DNA from: Chlamydiia bacterium
GTDB taxonomy: Bacteria; Chlamydiota; Chlamydiia; Chlamydiales; 2-12-FULL-49-11
Length of the DNA stretch: 64,000 nucleotides
Assembly (NCBI GenBank): GCA_044359535.1
Contig: JBIKLZ010000001.1
Span: forward strand, 1 to 64,000
Direction: 5' to 3'
Shown: piece after piece, positions 19,164 to 28,202 of the stretch
Layout of the letters: each line of letters begins with the position of its first letter
Numbering within the stretch: position 1 is the stretch's first letter
The notes under the pieces: model-generated
The model's database searches: none
What the model was told of the DNA's origin: nothing
The model's input: the letters and a program-made list of their open reading frames with translations, nothing else
Program-made: the position numbers and the translations under genes

Positions 19164-20884
19164 TCCCCAAACTCTATTTGAGCTAATTCTAAAACAATCC
19201 CTACAGAAATTCTTGAAGAGGCTAAATAGGTAATGAGCCATTCAAATACCGTTGGAACACTATCTAGATAGGCTCCTAAAATCTGGAGATAGTTAATCTC
19301 ACTTCTAATAGGGTTAAGAGTGGTCTTTAGAAAATGATAGGCGCAAATGGCAATGACAAAGCGCTGACTTTCTGAATAGCTTGTTGTGTACACTATACCT
19401 TTGTTTTCTGTGTTTAAAAGACCGGCATGTAATACAGCTGTTAACAGATCCCCTGACAAAATTTTTTTAGAATTATCTGAATCAATATCTTTAAACCAAT
19501 CTTCAGCACCTGGATAGGATGCAAGAAATGCATCTGTGACCTTTGAATAGGTATATTTTGAACCGCCCCCTCCTAGAGACTCTTGGGATTGCTGTTGAGA
19601 AAAGTCTTGAAGAAGGGTTGCTTTAGCGTTTTGAAAAGCTTGATTCATAGATTCGATGAGTCCTTTTTGGCCTTCAATGTCTTTTTCAACGGGTTTTTTT
19701 TCATCTTCTTTACATTCAATAAGAGCCCTTTCTAACTCTACCAAGCGGCTTTGTTGATTTTTAATGAAAACAGTTAATAGATCCAAGGTTTCAAAAGTAG
19801 TACAAGCGTTACATTTTCGCATAAATCGATTAAAAATCTGCGTTTTGGATTTTGCTTTAATAGGTTTTTTTTTAGCAGCCTCACTGCAGGGGACTTCAAC
19901 AGAAGGGTGCTCCACCTCTAAAACAGGGGGGCTTTGAGGGTTTGCCTGAGGAACTTCAGGATTTGTAGCAGGAGGTGGGTCTAAAGGTTTTTTCTTACTT
20001 CTTTTTGATTTCTTTTTCTTAAGAGGGGTCTTTGGGTTATTTGGATTTACAGATAGATCTTGTTCAACTCTAGGAGGGGGTGCATTTTTTAATATTTCCT
20101 CCATCGTTTCAATAAAACCCTTTTTAAAGGCTTCATAATGGGGTGAAGAAGGATTTATGTATGATTTTAAATAGGTCATAACATGGGGATGGGTGGACCC
20201 TGTTATGAAATAGTCATTTGCCGACGGGTCTATCTTATTTTCAGTTGAGGTGGTGATTAGATATTCATGATAATTGGATGCAAGACATGCGCCTGCCACA
20301 TGAAAGGAATCCTCATCCTCTTCTCCAACATCTTTAACACGTTCTAAAAAATGGATAAAAGAAAGTTCTGCTAGCTTTTGTTTAAATCCATCTTTAAATG
20401 AAACAACTTCAGAATCCTTTTCTTTATAGTATTGAAGAACTTTAGGATTTTGTTCTACAAATACTGAAAAGTGTTCTTGCCAAGAGATAGAATTTGGTTT
20501 TACTATGGCTTGTTTGTTAGAATCTTGTGAAAAGTAATGGAGTGCAGCTTCACTGCCTCTATAAGTATGTAAGATCGTTTTTTTATATCCGGAGGGGTCA
20601 AATCCATGATCTTCAGCAAGTTTTTGATATGTAAGCTCTCTTAACGAGCGATCCTTTATCAAAAGTTTTAGTGCAACAATAAATATTTCTTTTATCACTG
20701 AAATATTGTACTCAGCTGTGGGGATAATAGAAGAGTGTTTGCTGCATGCAGCCCTAAAATAGCCCTCTAATCTTTCTTGAGTTAATTTAAGTGGATGGGG
20801 GAGGGTATTCATTTTTGCAAAAAATGTGATCGCTAAATTATGCCCTAAACGTTCATCTGTTGAGATAGGTTTTAAAGCTTCCAT
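19160..20884 (-). CDS. Hypothetical protein, 574 aa; candidate effector with a basic NLS-like stretch and Pro-rich region
   Basis: Long ORF with AGGA RBS; PLKKKKSKRSKKKP, DPPPATNPEVPQANPQSPP and a coiled-coil segment; no family recognised. Confidence 0.75.
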   Translation of the reverse strand: MEALKPISTDERLGHNLAITFFAKMNTLPHPLKLTQERLEGYFRAACSKHSSIIPTAEYNISVIKEIFIVALKLLIKDRSLRELTYQKLAEDHGFDPSGYKKTILHTYRGSEAALHYFSQDSNKQAIVKPNSISWQEHFSVFVEQNPKVLQYYKEKDSEVVSFKDGFKQKLAELSFIHFLERVKDVGEEDEDSFHVAGACLASNYHEYLITTSTENKIDPSANDYFITGSTHPHVMTYLKSYINPSSPHYEAFKKGFIETMEEILKNAPPPRVEQDLSVNPNNPKTPLKKKKSKRSKKKPLDPPPATNPEVPQANPQSPPVLEVEHPSVEVPCSEAAKKKPIKAKSKTQIFNRFMRKCNACTTFETLDLLTVFIKNQQSRLVELERALIECKEDEKKPVEKDIEGQKGLIESMNQAFQNAKATLLQDFSQQQSQESLGGGGSKYTYSKVTDAFLASYPGAEDWFKDIDSDNSKKILSGDLLTAVLHAGLLNTENKGIVYTTSYSESQRFVIAICAYHFLKTTLNPIRSEINYLQILGAYLDSVPTVFEWLITYLASSRISVGIVLELAQIEFGD

Positions 20885-20902
20885 CTATTTTTCCTTTTTG
20901 GT

Positions 20903-21283
20903 TTAGTATGTTGGGTCCCATTTATATTTTTTTCCCTCAATAGTTTTTGTTCGATAGACCCAAGAGTCGTTATTTTCTCGCATAAGACGGTCAAATCCTT
21001 TGAGCGTTCCCATTAAAAACCCATGGCGATGGATTGCTAAAAGCATATATTGAGAACTTGTGGGGCGAAAATGGCTACGGGGCCCATCAATAGGGCTAAG
21101 TATATGTTGGTGAAAAAGGATCACATTTTCAGCAACGATCGATAAGGGATCAAACCCTTTGGATAGAGAGTGTTTTTTCTCTTGTCTACGATTGATTTCC
21201 ACCCCCTTGCCCCATGGGAGGGTGTAACCTACTTCGGCAAAAAGACAACTAGAAATAAAAAGGAGGAGGAGTTTAAAAGCCAT
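20903..21283 (-). CDS. yidD: Membrane protein insertion efficiency factor YidD-like protein (chlamydial type)
   Basis: FHQHILSPIDGPRSHFRPTSSQY...RHG...DRLMREN...DP; probable start MAFKLLL at 21283. Confidence 0.8.
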   Translation of the reverse strand: MAFKLLLLFISSCLFAEVGYTLPWGKGVEINRRQEKKHSLSKGFDPLSIVAENVILFHQHILSPIDGPRSHFRPTSSQYMLLAIHRHGFLMGTLKGFDRLMRENNDSWVYRTKTIEGKKYKWDPTY

Positions 21284-22337
21284 AGCGTAGCATAAGGATA
21301 GGGTATAATTTATGATCGCGCATTCTGTAGTGAGCGGCCCCTTCAAAAACCCGTGTGTTAAAAAATTCAGCTTCGTGTTTTGCCCCAACAATCCCTCCAA
21401 AATACCATCCTGATTCAAAGCTGAGTGTAAGTAGCGCTGCAGGAAGGTTGTCATTTTTATAAAAGTAGACAGCTGCAGCTGTTGTAAGGCCATTAATAAA
21501 TAAAGCAGTGAGTGCCGATTGCTTTTGTCCTAAGTATAAATAGCCAAGTCCCGGCAAAATAGCGTTTAAGCCAGAGGCTAATGTTGGATTTTTTCTATGA
21601 TGGAGATACTCTTTATACAGCTCATCAGAGGCTTTTTTGCACTCTTTAAGGGCGTAGAGCTCTTTAAGCTTTTGTTCTTCTTTTTCATAGGAAATCTCTT
21701 TAGAGATCAATCCCCTTTCAGTTTCTTCAAAAAATTGAGAATCAAGGGAGGTTTCTACCGACGCTATTAAAGAGTCAATAGAGGGGTTTTTAAGAGTGCT
21801 TTTTAGCCCATCAATGTCTCCTGAAAGGATAGAGGAAGTAAGTGCTAATTTCTCTTTTTCAAAAGGGAAGGTCTTTTCCATCACCTTTAGGATAGTTTCA
21901 CTTTTTTCTCCCTCTTTTTGACTTGTATAGGCATCATAAAGGATGACTAAAAGATCGTGAAAAGCTGAAAAGGTGGGTTCAATAGTGGCTAAAAGGGATT
22001 GCTCGAAAAATTCTGTTGCTAATTGGGGTTGTCCCCCAAGATAATAGGCCTTAATAATATGGTAATCCATTTCTCGACACCTTTGAAAGTGGTCTTTAGG
22101 GATCAGGATTGATGCCCTTTTAAAGGCAGTTATTGCTTGGTATAAATCCAATTGTTTTCCAAAGCTAAGGCCAATATGGTATTCTTTACCCCATTGAGTT
22201 TTTCTTTCTTCTTCTGTTAGGGGAGCAAAGGGGGAGTCTAACTGTTGCATATAGATCTCTTGAACAAAATATCCAAGTTTTGGGGATAAGGTTTCAGCTC
22301 CTAAAAAGCTAATAAAAAGCAATGCCAGATAGATCAT
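21273..22337 (-). CDS. Conserved chlamydial TPR-like protein with a C-terminal TM2-like membrane segment
   Basis: Signal-peptide-like N-terminus, helical repeat YQAITAFKRA, KNPTLASGLNAILPGLGYLYLGQ; coupled to yidD. Confidence 0.75.
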   Translation of the reverse strand: MIYLALLFISFLGAETLSPKLGYFVQEIYMQQLDSPFAPLTEEERKTQWGKEYHIGLSFGKQLDLYQAITAFKRASILIPKDHFQRCREMDYHIIKAYYLGGQPQLATEFFEQSLLATIEPTFSAFHDLLVILYDAYTSQKEGEKSETILKVMEKTFPFEKEKLALTSSILSGDIDGLKSTLKNPSIDSLIASVETSLDSQFFEETERGLISKEISYEKEEQKLKELYALKECKKASDELYKEYLHHRKNPTLASGLNAILPGLGYLYLGQKQSALTALFINGLTTAAAVYFYKNDNLPAALLTLSFESGWYFGGIVGAKHEAEFFNTRVFEGAAHYRMRDHKLYPILMLRYGF

Positions 22338-22371
22338 AAAAATAAAGTATAGAGACAGATTCTATTATTGT

Positions 22372-25300
22372 CTAGTCATCGTAATCATCTTCATTGTCAT
22401 CCATCTCATTTTCATCAGAAGAGGATTTTCCAAGCTCTAATCCTTGTGAAAAATCTTGAATGTTACATTGCCCTTCTTGAGAGAAAATGGCTTCTTGCTG
22501 TTTTGTAATTTCATTGAAATCATGAGAAGAATGGATGATATGGGGTTTTATAAACATAATCACATTTCGATTGGTCACTGTCTTTTCAGTCTTAGAAAAA
22601 GCCGCTCCAATGAGGGGAAGGCCCCCTAAGCAAGGAATTCCAGCAACATTTCGGACCGTATTGTTCACCATTGTACCACTGAGTAAAACAAAGTGGCGAT
22701 CTGGAACCCGAATTTTTGTAGTCATATTGGTTTTTGCTGTACGAATTCCGTTAATAGTTCTTGAATCCACACTATCGGAGCTGTCGGAAGTTCCGTCATT
22801 GACCTCTTCAGAAATTTCTTCGTCTACATCTAAGGTAATCATCCCATCAGAGCTGATATTTGGAGTGATACTTAGGGTCACACCAATATTTCTATACTCT
22901 AAGTTGGCGTTTGTTGTTTGAGACAATCCAGAAGTGGTTACAAGCGATCCAGTAAAAGGGACGTTTTGTCCTGAAAAGATCTTGGCATTCTGGTTGTCTT
23001 GGGTGACAATTTTTTGTGTTAAAACAACCGTTGTGGTCCCATCTGTCCTTAAAGCATTGACAAGAGATCCAATAGATGAATACGATTTTCCATTGTGAAA
23101 AATGATATCTCCAATAATCCCCATATACCCCCCAGCAAGGGGAGGAACAGCTTGACCTGTAGGTGTTGTTGTCCCATCAATTTTATTCAAATTTAAGGCA
23201 AAAGGGATTGCAGGGCTGTCGGTTTGTGGTTCAAAATTGCCCAACGAGTAGCCAAATTTATTATTTAAGGTCCCCTTATTTTGCCAGCTTAACCCAAAAG
23301 AGGTGTCGTGATCTAAGGTTGTATCAATGACCAGTATCTCAATAAAGACTTGAGAGATGGGTCTATCGACAGACTTAAGGACTTGGTCCAATTTTGTTAA
23401 GACAGCTGGAGCTCCTGTAGCTATCAAAGAGTTGGTTGTTTCAATCCATTGGATAGAGCTGATTGCTTGAATTAAATCTTGATTGAATTTTGAACTTTGT
23501 TGTTGAACGCCAAGGCTTATACTGATTTTTTTTAATGCAGAAACAATTTCATTTCCTTGGATATTTTGAATTTTATAGAGCAAAAACCCTTGATCATTGG
23601 CCGCTTCTAGAAGAGTTTGGTCAGGGGCAAAACCACGGGCTTCGATAGTATCAAACTGTTTTAATAGGGCAACGACTTCTAAAACAGAATCTTTTGCCCC
23701 CGATACAATAATCGTATTGGTCTTTTGAACAAAACTTAAATGGTCTACAACTTCAGCAAGAGAGGGGTTTGTCATCCCACTATGAACAAGGTGAGACTCA
23801 AAACTTGCCACCATTAAAATCAATTCTGGACCTGGAACGTATTGGGGGACATAAATTTGATACCCTTCGACATCTTTTCTCCCCTCTTTATTCGGTTGAT
23901 AGGCTAAAGAGGCTCCAATATCTAAATCGACAAGGAGCTTTTGAAGCTTTTGCAACGCCTCATTACTCCCAACAAAAACAAGGCTGTGGCTATTTTTAAT
24001 GTAGCGGACCGATTCTATTGCATAGTAGAGGGCTGAAGTTTTCTTCTGTTGAGCTCTAGATTCTTCAGCAATAGCTTTTAATTGTGCAATTAACTCTGTA
24101 GGAGAGGCCTCTTTCACTTTATAGACTAACACATTGGATCCAAAAGCAGAGGTGATATCTGACTCTTTATCCACTTTTGCTAAAATTTCTTTTAGCTTGT
24201 TGATTGAGTCCATTGTCCCGACAAATTGAACAGAGTCTGAGTCCTGAATTTGCCTCATCGAAGCTATAGTTTTAAACAAGGGAGAGTATCCTGGTTTAGA
24301 TACTTTTTTTGAGTCATCGACAATTTGTTGTAAAATGGCTTGCAACTCTTTGAAAGATAAACTGTTTAATTCGTATATAAATACAGTTGTTTCATCTAAT
24401 CCATCATGACTTTGCATGTCCAATTTTTCAACAAGACTATTTAAACGGGCAAGGGCGGTTGAAGTTCCTGTAAAAAGCAATTGCTCTGATTCTTGGAGTA
24501 CTTTAATACTTGATAAAGCTTTCATAAAAGCAGGATCTGACAAATCAGAGGAGGCTAAATTGTCTAAAGTCTCCATCACAAGGGTTTTTAAATGTTCTGC
24601 GTCGGTGTTTTTTGGGGTAAAAACTAAAAATTCTGTCGAAGGGGGCGCCTGTGTGAGCATCTCTTTTGCTTCAGAAATGGCTACGTCAAAGCTAGGGAGA
24701 ATCTCAGCTACCTCTTTAAGGGATTTTGTTGTCCCCACAAAAAGCAAAGAGTTGGTCGCTTTTATCCATCTCATCGATGAAATGGCTTTTATCAAGTTTT
24801 CGTTTGGATATTCATGCGATTTTAGGTAGTCAACTAAATTAGATAAAGCATCGCCTAATTGTTCTTCTGATGCTTTTTGAATATTATAGAGATAAAATTG
24901 GGAAACCCCTGTTTTTCCTGTGTCCCCACTATAGGATTGAGTGACTGATTCTAAAAGGTCTTTAAGCTCTATTAAGGTGGGCTGTGGAACAACAAAGAGT
25001 ATGGAATTAATATCGTAAATTGGGACGGCATTTTTAATCACGTAGAGAAGATTTTGATTTAAGTAGCCAGATTTTTGCAAGCTTTCTGAGATTTCTTCCA
25101 AAATTTTCAACATTTGAGGAATGCTGATTTCATCAGATTCATAGAGAAAAAAAGAGGTATTGCTTGATCCTAAAAAGGTATTTTCAACATCGATATTTTT
25201 CAAAAAACCATCGATAAGGGCAAGATTTTCAGGAAGTCCAATCATTAAAAGAGAGTGAGTCGATCGAATGTATAAAGCACTATCTACAATTTTTTCTAAA

Positions 25301-26211
25301 GAGGAAACATCTAATCCTTGATCTTTTGACTCCTTAAAAATATTTTTCAAAGTCGCTACTACATCTACTTCACTTTTATAAATAAGGGGGTAAATCAACA
25401 CATTTGTCGGATTTAGCCTTTTATTTTGAGAGGAATAGGTGATACTTGAATCAATTTCTTTAAGTAATGAGAGGGTTTTTTCAATTAAATAGGGGGTAGA
25501 AACAATATAAAGAGTGTTTGAGTCAGGTTGAGCTATGATTTGCAACAGGGTTGTTTCAGAAAAAGGTTTCATAATCTTTTCAGAAAAGATCTGCAACTCT
25601 AAGACATTCATATTTTCAGCTTCATAAGTATCAATATCATAGGGAGTGTCAGGGACATCTAAACTCTTAAGAAGTTGCTGAACAGTTTCAATGCTTGAAG
25701 CCACATCTGTAACAATGATTTGTTGGGACTCAAGGGAGACTTCAACCATTGCACTTGTTGAAAGAAGGGGGGAGATTAAGGCGGCAATATTTGTGGGATT
25801 GCCATTATAGATCTTAAAGACACGGGTCATAATGGCGGGCATTTTCCCTAAAGTGGCATTGTCTTTAGTGATCACTGTCGGAATTTGCTTCACGGCGGGG
25901 TTTCTGTGAATGATTAAATTTTTCCCCTCCTCAATAAGGGAGAGGTTATTAATTCTAAGAATTTGAATCAAAGCACTTTTAACATCTTCTAAAGAGGTGG
26001 GTTTATCTGAAACAAAGGTGATGTTGAAATTCACCTCACTTTCATTATAGACAAGGTTTAGCCCCCCAATTTTACTTATAAATTGAAGCAATTGGGTCAT
26101 TTGAACATTTTCAAAATTGATCGTGTACCCCTCATCGGTTGGGGAAGGATCCTTTCCAAATAAGGATAGGCTGGCTAAAAAGCTGATGAAAAATAGTTTT
26201 ATTTTGCTCAT
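22372..26211 (-). CDS. cdsC: T3SS outer-membrane secretin CdsC/SctC, elongated
   Basis: Signal peptide, N0 (YTINFENV), about 10 N-domain repeats, secretin core (QVFIEILVIDT, GVTLSITPNI, GIPCLGGLPLIGAAFS, IFIKPHII-like end). Confidence 0.95.
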   Translation of the reverse strand: MSKIKLFFISFLASLSLFGKDPSPTDEGYTINFENVQMTQLLQFISKIGGLNLVYNESEVNFNITFVSDKPTSLEDVKSALIQILRINNLSLIEEGKNLIIHRNPAVKQIPTVITKDNATLGKMPAIMTRVFKIYNGNPTNIAALISPLLSTSAMVEVSLESQQIIVTDVASSIETVQQLLKSLDVPDTPYDIDTYEAENMNVLELQIFSEKIMKPFSETTLLQIIAQPDSNTLYIVSTPYLIEKTLSLLKEIDSSITYSSQNKRLNPTNVLIYPLIYKSEVDVVATLKNIFKESKDQGLDVSSLEKIVDSALYIRSTHSLLMIGLPENLALIDGFLKNIDVENTFLGSSNTSFFLYESDEISIPQMLKILEEISESLQKSGYLNQNLLYVIKNAVPIYDINSILFVVPQPTLIELKDLLESVTQSYSGDTGKTGVSQFYLYNIQKASEEQLGDALSNLVDYLKSHEYPNENLIKAISSMRWIKATNSLLFVGTTKSLKEVAEILPSFDVAISEAKEMLTQAPPSTEFLVFTPKNTDAEHLKTLVMETLDNLASSDLSDPAFMKALSSIKVLQESEQLLFTGTSTALARLNSLVEKLDMQSHDGLDETTVFIYELNSLSFKELQAILQQIVDDSKKVSKPGYSPLFKTIASMRQIQDSDSVQFVGTMDSINKLKEILAKVDKESDITSAFGSNVLVYKVKEASPTELIAQLKAIAEESRAQQKKTSALYYAIESVRYIKNSHSLVFVGSNEALQKLQKLLVDLDIGASLAYQPNKEGRKDVEGYQIYVPQYVPGPELILMVASFESHLVHSGMTNPSLAEVVDHLSFVQKTNTIIVSGAKDSVLEVVALLKQFDTIEARGFAPDQTLLEAANDQGFLLYKIQNIQGNEIVSALKKISISLGVQQQSSKFNQDLIQAISSIQWIETTNSLIATGAPAVLTKLDQVLKSVDRPISQVFIEILVIDTTLDHDTSFGLSWQNKGTLNNKFGYSLGNFEPQTDSPAIPFALNLNKIDGTTTPTGQAVPPLAGGYMGIIGDIIFHNGKSYSSIGSLVNALRTDGTTTVVLTQKIVTQDNQNAKIFSGQNVPFTGSLVTTSGLSQTTNANLEYRNIGVTLSITPNISSDGMITLDVDEEISEEVNDGTSDSSDSVDSRTINGIRTAKTNMTTKIRVPDRHFVLLSGTMVNNTVRNVAGIPCLGGLPLIGAAFSKTEKTVTNRNVIMFIKPHIIHSSHDFNEITKQQEAIFSQEGQCNIQDFSQGLELGKSSSDENEMDDNEDDYDD

Positions 26212-26249
26212 TAAATAGGAAGGCTTTGAATTAGATCTAACAAGTTGTG

Positions 26250-26278
26250 ATCCTAACCAAATTCTTTAATCAATGCAA
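26250..26278 (-). promoter_or_regulatory. Putative sigma66 promoter for cdsC
   Basis: Minus strand TTGCAT-17 nt-TAGGAT, 38 nt upstream of the ATG. Confidence 0.5.
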
Positions 26279-26357
26279 CAAATTTTAGAATTTAAAACTA
26301 TCGATAGAAATAAAAAGGGGAGAATTGTATATGAAAAGTAAAGAATAGGTAAAGAAA

Positions 26358-26627
26358 ATGTGGAAAAAGAGAAAGAGAAGAAAAAAGTCCCCCCTTTCTG
26401 AAAAAGAGAAACAAAGGAAAATGCTTAAAAATAGTGAGTGGATCCTTGTAGGCATTTTTTTTGTTGCAGTATCAGAAATAGTTATAAAAAAGTATGAATT
26501 AACGTGGCGCTACTTACCCTATACATGTGCAGTTCTTTGGGTTTTAGCGATGCAGATTTTTTTAAGGATGGTGCACATATTTACAAGAGGGGCCACTTAC
26601 TTTCTAAATTCCCTCAAGGACTTATAG
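26358..26627 (+). CDS. Small basic membrane protein, hypothetical
   Basis: 89 aa with a Lys/Arg-rich N-terminus and two hydrophobic segments; AGGT upstream; stop codon abuts the pkn5 stop. Confidence 0.5.
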   Translation: MWKKRKRRKKSPLSEKEKQRKMLKNSEWILVGIFFVAVSEIVIKKYELTWRYLPYTCAVLWVLAMQIFLRMVHIFTRGATYFLNSLKDL

Positions 26628-28202
26628 TTATATTCTATACAAAGAGAGGGTGAAGTTTTGATTGGAATGAACTTTTTTTCCCTCCAATTTTTCAAAAACC
26701 ACTCGACATAGCGCTTTACTTTCTAATAAACGGTTTTCTAATAGGGTTTTAACAGTAAGTTCCCCGATCTGCGTTGTTTCTTTTGTAGGGAGCAAAGGAT
26801 CAGAAAACGAATGGATAAAACAGATATCCCCTTCAGAAAATGGATCGATAGTTGGGTAAAAGTCTGCAGTTGGAAACTGTCCTAATGGGGGCGTTTTATT
26901 TAGCAAAAGTCGGGGATGGGAACCATTGGATGAAATATGGTAGATGCTTTCTTGCATCGATGTGATATGGGCAAGGGTCCTTGAGGCGGGAACAATATGT
27001 ATGAGAGTGGTATGGGTCTTTTTATGAAGTCTATCATAATAAAGGAGGGTGTTTAATTCATTTGCAAAGGATTGCAATGAAAAAACAGAAACTTTAGTTG
27101 AGTGTTGGTAGGGATTAACAAGGGTATGAGCCATAGCGCGTAGATTGATGATGGGTAAGTAAGAGGAGGTCGATTCTGCTTGGGTATTGGCTAAAAAAAT
27201 AAAGTAGCTCCCATCAAGAAGTTGAAAAAATTCGTAATAAATTCCTGGGACTGAAAACTCCTCAGAGGTCCATAGACCGATTTCAAGGTTTTGAAAGCGG
27301 GGAATCTGTTTTGGAAGGAGCTCTTGTTGAATGGCTAAAAGGGCTGTTTCTTCTTTAAATCCCTCATCTTTATAGTCTTTAAGAAATGAAGAAATTGCAA
27401 GTATATAGTCAACGATATCCTCGGTGCGCTCTTTATAATCAGGGTTTAGAGCTTGTTCTAAAATACCTTTAAGTTTTGGGTGAATATGGGAAAGATTGAC
27501 TTTGCCAAAAGAGAGTTTTCCTGTGAGCAGTTCATAGGTAATAATAGCTAAAGAATAGATATCGGTGTTGTAATGGACTGCTAAAGGATTTTCCCTTTGT
27601 TCAGGGCTCATATAAGAGGGGGTGCCAATGACCGGTCGTTTAGAAAAAGCAGGGGTGTTTCTTGTGCTTTTTTTTAGCTCTGCGATCCCAAAATCAATCA
27701 CTTTAACAGCCCCTTCTTGAGTGATAAGGATGTTTTCAGGCTTTAGATCCCTATGAATAATTTTATGGGAATGCAAATGCATTAAGGCGTAGGAAACGTT
27801 TAAAACAATTTCTAAAGCCCGTCTTTGACAAAAGGCATTTGTCTCTATAAATTGGGTAAGGGATACCCCATGGATGTATTCCATAGCAATATATAAACCC
27901 CTTTCCCACTTTCCCGATTCATAGACTTTGACAATATTTTCATGGGAAGCTGTGGCTATGATTTTTGCCTCCAATAAAAATCTTTCTACCAATTCTTTTT
28001 GCTCGACAAGATTTGGGGCTAAAATTTTTACAGCGGTAAGAAGGCCGTTAGGATCTTTTGCAAGGTACAAATAGCTCATTGCCCCTTTATGGAGACAGGC
28101 TTCTATCTGATATTTACCAATGTGAGTAAATTCTGGATCCTTTAAGGGAGTTTTAAAGGTGGGCAACGTTTTTCTTTGGTATATATCTTTATCGTTCATC
28201 AT
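26628..28202 (-). CDS. pkn5: Ser/Thr protein kinase Pkn5 with a C-terminal degenerate PP2C/SpoIIE-like domain
   Basis: AVK, HRDLKPEN, DFG, GTPSYMSPE; located between cdsQ and cdsC like CT673; C-terminal IQQELLP... region. Confidence 0.88.
   Translation of the reverse strand: MMNDKDIYQRKTLPTFKTPLKDPEFTHIGKYQIEACLHKGAMSYLYLAKDPNGLLTAVKILAPNLVEQKELVERFLLEAKIIATASHENIVKVYESGKWERGLYIAMEYIHGVSLTQFIETNAFCQRRALEIVLNVSYALMHLHSHKIIHRDLKPENILITQEGAVKVIDFGIAELKKSTRNTPAFSKRPVIGTPSYMSPEQRENPLAVHYNTDIYSLAIITYELLTGKLSFGKVNLSHIHPKLKGILEQALNPDYKERTEDIVDYILAISSFLKDYKDEGFKEETALLAIQQELLPKQIPRFQNLEIGLWTSEEFSVPGIYYEFFQLLDGSYFIFLANTQAESTSSYLPIINLRAMAHTLVNPYQHSTKVSVFSLQSFANELNTLLYYDRLHKKTHTTLIHIVPASRTLAHITSMQESIYHISSNGSHPRLLLNKTPPLGQFPTADFYPTIDPFSEGDICFIHSFSDPLLPTKETTQIGELTVKTLLENRLLESKALCRVVFEKLEGKKVHSNQNFTLSLYRI

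Noticed and set aside
21284-21493. Long N-terminal extension of the yidD ORF as given in the ORF track
   Set aside because: It overlaps the upstream gene by more than 200 nt; the ATG at 21283 gives a signal-like start and a normal short overlap.
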